Below, piece after piece: positions 1 through 7,180 of a stretch of 25,713 bases of DNA; within the stretch, counting starts at the first letter, position 1; the number at the start of each line of letters is the position of its first letter. Source of the stretch: Candidatus Brocadiia bacterium (lineage in GTDB: Bacteria; Planctomycetota; Brocadiia; SM23-32); contig JBKHIT010000066.1 of NCBI GenBank assembly GCA_046538485.1, positions 1 to 25,713 of the forward strand. The letters are read 5' to 3'. Made by a program: the position numbers and the translations under genes. Below the pieces are notes generated by a model. That model searched no databases. It worked only from the letters and a program-made list of their open reading frames with translations, and was not told the DNA's origin.

Positions 1-151
1 TTTTATCAGGACTTTTCTTTGGTAAAACTACCCCTTAAAATGGCTGCTTTGCGGGGTCTGGAGTTCAGAACGCGGGACACTTAGGCGTAGTACCCGCAGT
101 TAACATTCCGCACTCTGTCAGAATGCGATCTAAAACAGTTTCTTCCCCATA

Positions 152-1684
152 TCACTTCGCCCCACTTTCTTGTACCTTCCCCGTCGGATGCATTCCGTCT
201 GCGTCCAGCAACTCAAGAACAGCTTTTCCATCCTCCAATTCCCCGTAATAAACAGAACCGGCAGGACGGGCCTGGAGCTGGACTTCGCCGAGTTCCGGGA
301 CCTTCACGGATACCTTCCTCGCATCTCCCCCGTTCGCCCAGGCCGTCAGGAACCATTTCTTTTGCGTCTTGTGGCGACGTGCCAGCACTCGCGCTTCGGG
401 ATCGCCTGTGGGAAATTCGTATGCGGGGACATTCTTATTCCACCTATGTTTGTTCGGTCCGGGTAGCAATCCCCCGTCCCGAAGCATCTCCTCATGGTGC
501 GAGAAAAATGCATGGGCCCGCCCCAGAATCATCATCTGCTTGAGCCAGTGAGGTATATCCTCGCCGACCTTCCCGCTGAACCCACCCGGTTGCGGATACG
601 AAAAATACCCGGCCACCCCCCCTGTCATGCCGGCCGTATAGTAACATTTCAGGTATCCCATGTAACGTTCGAGATCTCCAAACGCTTTGTCGCCGAGCTT
701 CTTGCGTTTCCATCCGGCGCACAACCAGTTGTACGACAGCGGCTGACCGAGCTGAAGATTTCGCGCCGTAGAATTAAGAGCCATCGTCAGCATATCGTTC
801 TTGCCCGTCCAGCCGCTGTTGAAATGTTTATAGTAGATTGAGCTGTTGGGCACATCGGAAACCTTGCGCATATACTTATAATCGAACGCCCATTTCCACC
901 AGTGACCATATCGATCACGATGCGGGCAGCCTGCGGTGAAATAGAAAAGATATAGTTCCCGTTTCGGGACAATTTTCCGGATTGCGTTGCTGATGATCGT
1001 TTCCTGGTATCCTTTACGCCGTGAAATATATTCGAACCAGCTCATATCACCCTTGGCTTTCATAACTCTGGGACACTTTTTCCATTGTTTCCCGCGCCAC
1101 CCATAGACGTTCAGACCGTATTCGCCCCCGTTGAGCACGATGGCGATGGGAGCTTTCTTCCGTATTGCCTCCAACGGCTCAGCAGCCTCCGCACCGGCCT
1201 TTTCGAAAACCTCATCGGGAGCCTCGGGACTCCATATCCTTTTGCCTTCGACAAGTTCGCCATCCTCATTATGACACCACGTCGATTCAGGGAGGGATTT
1301 TCGAAATTCAGCGTTGTTGCACGCCCGGTAGGCCAGCACGCAGAGGGGATATTTGTCCGGATTGTCCGCCGTCAGTTTGCACAATCTGGCGGCTGTACTT
1401 TTCGGATTCTTCAGTTTCTCCTCCGTTCCGGGTCTGGCGGTCCCGAATTCCAGGGCATAACCCCATTTCTCGGCAAGTTCCACCCGCACATCGAACGGCA
1501 TACTCCATCCCCAGCGGGTCAAAGGCGGAAGCGAGTGGTCGGACCGAAAATTGGGCGCGGTTGATTCTTTCAGGTGGTCGAGCGCGGTTTTTGATTCGTC
1601 ACCGGAACCGACCCCGGCAATAAGCACAGCAATCGCAAACAATACGAGTTCTGGCACCCGAAAAAGATGAGATTTTGGGTTCAT
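152..1684 (-). CDS. Secreted hypothetical protein (510 aa), possibly a glycoside-hydrolase-like barrel
   Basis: Long ORF; AAAGGTG SD-like sequence before the ATG; hydrophobic N-terminal signal-like segment (ELVLFAIAVLIAGVGSG); Trp/Tyr-rich with NGGEYG. No family motif recognised, so the product call is weak. Confidence 0.6.
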   Translation of the reverse strand: MNPKSHLFRVPELVLFAIAVLIAGVGSGDESKTALDHLKESTAPNFRSDHSLPPLTRWGWSMPFDVRVELAEKWGYALEFGTARPGTEEKLKNPKSTAARLCKLTADNPDKYPLCVLAYRACNNAEFRKSLPESTWCHNEDGELVEGKRIWSPEAPDEVFEKAGAEAAEPLEAIRKKAPIAIVLNGGEYGLNVYGWRGKQWKKCPRVMKAKGDMSWFEYISRRKGYQETIISNAIRKIVPKRELYLFYFTAGCPHRDRYGHWWKWAFDYKYMRKVSDVPNSSIYYKHFNSGWTGKNDMLTMALNSTARNLQLGQPLSYNWLCAGWKRKKLGDKAFGDLERYMGYLKCYYTAGMTGGVAGYFSYPQPGGFSGKVGEDIPHWLKQMMILGRAHAFFSHHEEMLRDGGLLPGPNKHRWNKNVPAYEFPTGDPEARVLARRHKTQKKWFLTAWANGGDARKVSVKVPELGEVQLQARPAGSVYYGELEDGKAVLELLDADGMHPTGKVQESGAK

Positions 1685-1779
1685 AAAACACCTTTTGAGT
1701 TGAGACCGGTGTTATCGACGCGCCGCGTTCTGAACTTTTCGCTGTACGGTGACCAGAGCCCTACTGAAGTCCAGTCCCC

Positions 1780-3267
1780 TCATTTCGGTTCGGTTTCTGT
1801 CTTTTCTTCTGCCTCGTCCTTCGCTTCTTCCGGATTATTCTCAGTCTTTTCTTCCCCTGCCTCTTCTTCTCCCTCTTTTTCTCCCGCCGGTTTCCCGGTG
1901 CGTTTGATGATATGGAAACCGAAAGGGGTTTCGACGACGTCTGAAATCTCGCCGACTTTCAATTTGAAAGCGGCTTTTTCGAACGCAGGATCCATTTGAC
2001 CTTTTCCGAAGGTGCCAAGATCCCCGCCTTTTTCGGCGGTCGGGCCGTCGGAATATTCCCTGGCGAGTTTCGCAAAATCGGCCCCTTCCCTTTTCGCCTC
2101 GCTCAGGACCTTTTTCGCAAGAGTTTTAGCTTCGGCCCTGGTGCGTTCTGTGTCGGACTTTTCAGCCTCTTTATGGCTGATCAGGATATGACGGGCCGCG
2201 ATTTCGTCGGGAGCTTCCTCTTTGGGTTTATCTTTCACCAGATCTTCAAAAGGGTTCCGCAGTTTCTTGGCTTTCCAGCTCGAGACCTCATAGACCCAGT
2301 TTCTGTGCGTCTCATTGATCTCTTTTGCTTTGTCCTGTGCTTGGAGAAGCTCATCCTTTTTTTTCAGGCTTTCCTCCGACTCGGTTTTGGTAATGGTCAC
2401 CTGCTCGACTCCCGGACCTTCCGCACCCAATTTCACATAATAGGAATCGTTCTTCTCCGCCGTCCTCAGGACGCAACTCAGGCCCGATTTCAGGTCGCAG
2501 CGGTAAGTGGCGTCCCACTCCACTTGTTTCTTGTCCGCAGCAAACACGTCGCTGAAACGGAAACCAGATAGCGCATTGAAGACCCCGTCCACCTGGCTCT
2601 GTTTGGCCTCTTTTTCCTCTGGCACACCAAGGAGTCGCACATCTCCATCTTCGTTGCGTGCAATCACATAGACCTCATCTTTTAGTTTGACGGTAATCTT
2701 CCTGATTTTATCTTTTTCAACATCGACAAGCTCTTTGTCCATATAGGACGTTGCCGAGGTGGAGACACGCAGGTAATCTTCGGTCTCGTAAACGTCGTTC
2801 TCACCGAGTCGTCTGACATACGCTCCGCTGGCATTGGGGACCGATCTGCCTTTGACGAATCCAACGATGCGGTCTCCCTGGCTGTTGAGGAGAGAAACCA
2901 CGACATCGGCCGGTTTTTTTTCGTTAACGCCGAGTTCATCATGGTTTTCAGGCGACGAGGTCACCTTTTTTTTACACCGGATATCGAGTGCATCAACCAG
3001 CAGGCTGTTGATTTCACTGACGGAGGCCGGATAGTTATCTTTTTCGACGACCACGAATCCTTCCTCGTTCTTCTGCAGAGTCAGCACATCATTTCCGTCA
3101 TTGATAACGACCGTGCTGACCTTTTCCGGTGTGAGTCCGGGGATCAGAGGCGTTCCACTTTCGAACCTCGTGGGAGTTTTGCCCTGATCTGCGTAGAGCA
3201 AGACGGTCACAACGACCAGGACAGCGGCAACGACGGCAAGAATTGCGAGTTTCGTGTTCGAAATCAT
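1780..3267 (-). CDS. DUF4340-domain protein fused to a C-terminal parvulin (PpiC/rotamase) peptidyl-prolyl isomerase
   Basis: N-terminal TM anchor; DUF4340-like body at its usual position after a GldG-type gene; parvulin motifs ARHILI, FAKLAREYSD, GGDLG, FEKAAF, VETPFGFHII (about 1897-2205); acidic tail; ATGA overlap with the upstream gene. Confidence 0.85.
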   Translation of the reverse strand: MISNTKLAILAVVAAVLVVVTVLLYADQGKTPTRFESGTPLIPGLTPEKVSTVVINDGNDVLTLQKNEEGFVVVEKDNYPASVSEINSLLVDALDIRCKKKVTSSPENHDELGVNEKKPADVVVSLLNSQGDRIVGFVKGRSVPNASGAYVRRLGENDVYETEDYLRVSTSATSYMDKELVDVEKDKIRKITVKLKDEVYVIARNEDGDVRLLGVPEEKEAKQSQVDGVFNALSGFRFSDVFAADKKQVEWDATYRCDLKSGLSCVLRTAEKNDSYYVKLGAEGPGVEQVTITKTESEESLKKKDELLQAQDKAKEINETHRNWVYEVSSWKAKKLRNPFEDLVKDKPKEEAPDEIAARHILISHKEAEKSDTERTRAEAKTLAKKVLSEAKREGADFAKLAREYSDGPTAEKGGDLGTFGKGQMDPAFEKAAFKLKVGEISDVVETPFGFHIIKRTGKPAGEKEGEEEAGEEKTENNPEEAKDEAEEKTETEPK

Positions 3268-5258
3268 TGTCCCCTCCTTGCGGCGTAACGTTTGGCCCGG
3301 AGATAGCGTGCTATGGCGAGCACAAGTGCGATGAGCAGCACCGCGGCCGGCGCCCAGACCATATTGTGGGTTTGGAGACTGGCTTTCAGCGATTCTATCC
3401 TTTTGCGTTCATCGGCTCTGAGCTTTCGCAGTTGCCTTCTGGCTTTACTTATTTCCGTGTAAATTTCTTGTCGCTCTTTCACAGCCTGGCTCTGGAGCAA
3501 TTCTCCATCCCCCCCGGCGCTGGCAAGTTGTTGCAGTCTGGCTTCGTATTCCTGAATCTTTTTCTCCAGAGCGTCGACTTCTTCGGCCGTCGCTTCCTCA
3601 GCTTCTGCCTCGATTTTATCCACCACTTCGAACGGCCTCTGGAACTTGCCCCGCGACCGAATGGAGATAAGATTGCGGTTACCGGCCAGGAATTCAATGG
3701 CGTTCAGCACAAGGGCGGGGTTGTCCCCCTTCGCGCTTTTCCCGAAGAAAGTATCCTGGTAAGCAATCATATCGGAGATCATATCGACATCTGAGAAAAC
3801 CAGCACTGCGGTTTCCGAAGAAGCGACCTGGACCACCTCAGGCTCTTTGGTTTCTTCGTCCTCTTCGGGCTCCTTCTCTGTATCGGATTTTTCCGCCTCT
3901 GGATCCGTCTCTTCTCCGCCCTCCTCCGGCTCTTCTTCTTCAGTTACCGGCGGGCCGTCGGGGTAATTTGTCCTCAGTTTTCCTTCGATACGGCATCCCA
4001 ACATCACGGGTTCGTCTCCGGGGGTATAACCCCGGCGGATCGCACCCGCGTCGAGCATTCGCACTTCCATCGGGTTGGTAGGAGCCCACTCGTTGCCTTC
4101 GGGAGTTGTGTACATCAGCGGTGTAACGCTCACGTCCGGCTGCTCGACTTCCTTGAGAACTCCCGCAAATAGCATACGAAGAGAGTCGAGCTGCGCAGTG
4201 ATGACCTGGTTCTGGTTAAAATTACCTTCACTCAATTCCAGGTAGGTCAAGAGCGTTTGGGGCCGAGAGTTACGCCTCGGGGGCACTTTCAGCGCGAGGT
4301 TGTGGTCGGCCGCAAATTTTTCCATCTCCATCTCCACCCCCCACTGTCTCAGCAAACTGTTGAGCCCGGAGGAAGATTTCTGCTGCATCGCGGCCATCGG
4401 ATTCCTGGGATTTTGCTCGGGTCGATCGCTAAAGCAGAACGGATCGACAAAGACCAGCAATCGCCCCCCCTTCATGACGTATTGATCGATCGCAAAAAGC
4501 GTCTCTTCGGGCAGATCTTTTGGGTGGACGACCATCAGGAAATCGATATCATCTGCAATTTCATCCGTTTCTTCGTCGACGCCTGTCACCTCGTATTCTT
4601 CTTTCAGCCGCTCGACAATAGTCCAGGGTTCGGGAGGGCGGCGCCCCTGTTGCATCATCATCTGCCGCATGTAGGGCGACAGATCGGCACCGGCAACATC
4701 CAGCGAGGACAGCACACCGATTTTTTTCTTCTGACGACGAGTGACGTTCACGATGGCCCGCGAGATGTCATATTCCACGAGTTGCTGCCGACCGGGCTCG
4801 AAAAACTCAATGACCTCCTTTTCCCCCAATTCCGTCTCGACCACAAGCCCGAAAAAGAAACTCTCATTCCCGGAAAGTGGGAATTGTTTCACCCCGGCAT
4901 CAACGGCTTCTTTTTCCTCCTCGCTGAAAGGGCGGGGATCGACGACAGTATATGTGAGTCGCCCCCTCGAACGCTGGACGTATTCCTGGACCAGATCCCG
5001 GACGTAGACGAAATAGTTGTTATATTGCCGGATCTGCTCCGGACCTTTCATCGCCGCAGTGCGGGAATAGTAGAGTTTCAGATTCACGTGCTGCTTCAGA
5101 TCGGAAAGAATATTCTTCGTGCTTTTGGAAAGCGTGTAGAGTTTGTTCTCGGTTAAGTCCACGCCCGTCCGGCGCAACGCTTTCTGTGCGATGAGGATCG
5201 CGCACAGGGTGATAACGAGGATGCAGACAACTCCAATGTATGTTTTCAGTTTCTTCAT
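3264..5258 (-). CDS. GldG-family ABC transporter auxiliary component
   Basis: N- and C-terminal TM helices; DLTENKLYTLS, EYDISRAI, LMVVHPK, IDQYVMKGGRLLVFVDP, DVDMISD, LISIRSRG motifs; C-terminal coiled coil; translationally coupled on both sides. Confidence 0.88.
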   Translation of the reverse strand: MKKLKTYIGVVCILVITLCAILIAQKALRRTGVDLTENKLYTLSKSTKNILSDLKQHVNLKLYYSRTAAMKGPEQIRQYNNYFVYVRDLVQEYVQRSRGRLTYTVVDPRPFSEEEKEAVDAGVKQFPLSGNESFFFGLVVETELGEKEVIEFFEPGRQQLVEYDISRAIVNVTRRQKKKIGVLSSLDVAGADLSPYMRQMMMQQGRRPPEPWTIVERLKEEYEVTGVDEETDEIADDIDFLMVVHPKDLPEETLFAIDQYVMKGGRLLVFVDPFCFSDRPEQNPRNPMAAMQQKSSSGLNSLLRQWGVEMEMEKFAADHNLALKVPPRRNSRPQTLLTYLELSEGNFNQNQVITAQLDSLRMLFAGVLKEVEQPDVSVTPLMYTTPEGNEWAPTNPMEVRMLDAGAIRRGYTPGDEPVMLGCRIEGKLRTNYPDGPPVTEEEEPEEGGEETDPEAEKSDTEKEPEEDEETKEPEVVQVASSETAVLVFSDVDMISDMIAYQDTFFGKSAKGDNPALVLNAIEFLAGNRNLISIRSRGKFQRPFEVVDKIEAEAEEATAEEVDALEKKIQEYEARLQQLASAGGDGELLQSQAVKERQEIYTEISKARRQLRKLRADERKRIESLKASLQTHNMVWAPAAVLLIALVLAIARYLRAKRYAARRGQ

Positions 5259-5989
5259 CCTGCAGCCTTCCTTTCCTCAAGCGCCACAACGGTTGCCCAC
5301 AGCCAGCCCGCTGTCAGAAACACAAAGTACAGAATATCGCGAACCCGAATTATGCCTCTTTGAATCGACTCAAATCGGGTTCGGAAGCTGAGGCTCTCCA
5401 CAGCTTCCACAAGCCCCATCGAGAGCATGCCGCGCAGGTAATTCAGCACCGTAGGACTCGCCGCGAAGAGAAACAGCGCACAGACGACAACCGAAAGAAC
5501 AAAAGCAATAACCTGATTGCGGGTCAGGCTTGAGAAAAACCCTCCGATTCCGAGATAGGCTCCGGCCAGGAGGAACGAACCAACGTAGCCGGTGATTATC
5601 GGGCCGGGATCGGGATTGCCCAGATAGCAAACCGTAAACAGCATCGGGGCGGTAAGAACAAGCGCCAGCGCGATCACGCTCCAGGCCGCAAAAAATTTCC
5701 CCAAAACGGCCTGCGCGGCCGTTACCGGAAGTGTGAATAACAATTCAATTGAATTTGTATCTCTTTCCTCAGCCCACAACCGCATCGAAATGGCCGGTCC
5801 CAGAAAGATAAACAACAAAGGGATATTCGAGAAAAACAAGCGCATAGAAGCCTGACGCATCTCAAAAAAGCCCTGCTGGAACGTCAAAAAACTGCTGAAA
5901 AACAAGAATATGACAAGGAAAACATAGGCCAGAGGAGTTGAAAAATAGCCTCTCAACTCGCGTTTCAGGACGCTCGTGAAACCTCTCAT
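5255..5989 (-). CDS. ABC-2 type permease, GldF-like
   Basis: KRELRGYFSTPLAYVFL, PAISMRLWAEER, ELLFTLPV, LGKFFAAW, SSLTRNQVIAF; six hydrophobic segments. Confidence 0.92.
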   Translation of the reverse strand: MRGFTSVLKRELRGYFSTPLAYVFLVIFLFFSSFLTFQQGFFEMRQASMRLFFSNIPLLFIFLGPAISMRLWAEERDTNSIELLFTLPVTAAQAVLGKFFAAWSVIALALVLTAPMLFTVCYLGNPDPGPIITGYVGSFLLAGAYLGIGGFFSSLTRNQVIAFVLSVVVCALFLFAASPTVLNYLRGMLSMGLVEAVESLSFRTRFESIQRGIIRVRDILYFVFLTAGWLWATVVALEERKAAG

Positions 5990-6729
5990 TCCGCGCCTCC
6001 TTTCGCCGCCTTCACCTTCTGACTCGTAGTGAGTTTGCGAAACACCTCTTCAAGACTTCCCCCTTCGCGCTCCCGCAGATCCCCCGGAGTGCTGTCCACC
6101 AGAAGTTTCCCGCGGTCGATGATGATGATTCGGTTGCAGATGGCGTTAACCTCTTCGAGGATATGGGTTGAGACAACGATGCTCTTTCTTTGCGCCAGAT
6201 CCGTGATCAGTTCGCGCACGTCATGTTTCTGGTTGGGGTCAAGCCCATCGGTGGGTTCATCGAGAAGCAGCACCGGCGGGTCATGAACAAGTGACTGGGC
6301 CAGCCCTACCCGACGTCGGAACCCCTTTGAGAGAGTCCCGATCGGCTGGTGCATTACGTCGCCGATCGCGCAGGATTGGGCTGATTTCGCGATTTTCTTG
6401 CGCCGCTCCTTCCCCTTGATACCCCTGGCATCACAGACGAATCGCAGGAACGCCACGACCGTCATCTCATCGTAGGCCGGGGCATTCTCCGCCAGGTAGC
6501 CAACCCGCCGTCGCACCTCAACAGGATCATCAAGAATACTGTATCCTTCAATCTCCGCCGTGCCGCTATCGGGGGGGAAGAAACAACTCAAAATCTTCAT
6601 GGTCGTGGTCTTACCCGCACCATTCGGACCCAGAAACCCAAGCACGTCTCCCTTTTCTACCTTGAAAGAGACGCCGTCAACGGCTTTGATCGGTCCGAAG
6701 GACTTGTATAAATCAAGGGCCTCAATCAT
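5986..6729 (-). CDS. ABC transporter ATP-binding protein, GldA-like
   Basis: Walker A GPNGAGKTT, signature LSKGFRRR, Walker B LLLDEPT, H-loop STH. Start moved from 6798 to ATG 6729 (MIEALDL), which follows AAGGAGG. Confidence 0.93.
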   Translation of the reverse strand: MIEALDLYKSFGPIKAVDGVSFKVEKGDVLGFLGPNGAGKTTTMKILSCFFPPDSGTAEIEGYSILDDPVEVRRRVGYLAENAPAYDEMTVVAFLRFVCDARGIKGKERRKKIAKSAQSCAIGDVMHQPIGTLSKGFRRRVGLAQSLVHDPPVLLLDEPTDGLDPNQKHDVRELITDLAQRKSIVVSTHILEEVNAICNRIIIIDRGKLLVDSTPGDLREREGGSLEEVFRKLTTSQKVKAAKGGAE

Positions 6730-6931
6730 CGTTCCGTTCTGTCCTCCTTTGCCGATAGCTTCAGTTTTCCGTCTCCAACTTACAAAGGAACTGCACAATC
6801 TAAACTTTGGGATGCGGCTGCCAGTCGCCGCTCATAGGCAAGAGTTATCCATTACAATACAACATTACCTTCTGTCGCACTCTCTTCTGGTAAAGGCAAC
6901 ATTAAGCGCAATCGTTTCAAACGAATATTTC

Positions 6932-6960
6932 ATTATAGAAAGACCCGGAGAATCTGTCAA
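6932..6960 (-). promoter_or_regulatory. Perfect-consensus sigma70 promoter for the Gld-like ABC operon
   Basis: Minus strand reads TTGACA-gattctccgggtctttc (17 nt)-TATAAT, about 200 nt upstream of ATG 6729. Confidence 0.85.
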
Positions 6961-6975
6961 TCTTCCAGGATACGA

Positions 6976-7071
6976 AAGGAATTTGCGTTGTAGGTCTCTT
7001 CAGTGGTCGGCAGCCGGACATTCCCCGGAAATCCTACCGGACTCTGCCGTCGGACCGGGCGCAAATTCCTT
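6976..7071. repeat. 96-bp palindromic (MITE/ERIC-like) element
   Basis: Perfect 12-bp terminal IR AAGGAATTTGCG (6976-6987) / CGCAAATTCCTT (7060-7071); inner stems GGTC/GACC, GGCAG/CTGCC, CCGG/CCGG. Confidence 0.6.
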
Positions 7072-7180
7072 AATTTTCCTTCGGAAACGGGTCAGACAGA
7101 GTGACAAGTGAAAATGTCCTGCTGTAGGCCTGTGCCTTTTCTTCACGGCACACCGCAAAATCCGGGTTTAGCCTTAAATT

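Noticed and set aside
69..127. Hairpins downstream of the 510-aa gene as an intrinsic terminator
   Set aside because: Stems are imperfect with no adjacent U-tract on the minus strand.
4257..5156. 299-aa plus-strand ORF
   Set aside because: Antisense shadow of the well-supported GldG-like gene; no motifs.
1780..6729. Calling the operon gliding-motility genes gldAFG
   Set aside because: Family resemblance only; such operons occur in non-gliding taxa and no other Gld/T9SS genes are present.
6976..7071. SRP (4.5S) RNA or 6S RNA
   Set aside because: Lacks the CAGG-CC-GNRA-GG-AGCAG core on either strand; too short for 6S.
6560..7111. 183-aa plus-strand ORF
   Set aside because: Overlaps the ABC ATPase in antisense and runs through the promoter and palindrome; no protein-like features.
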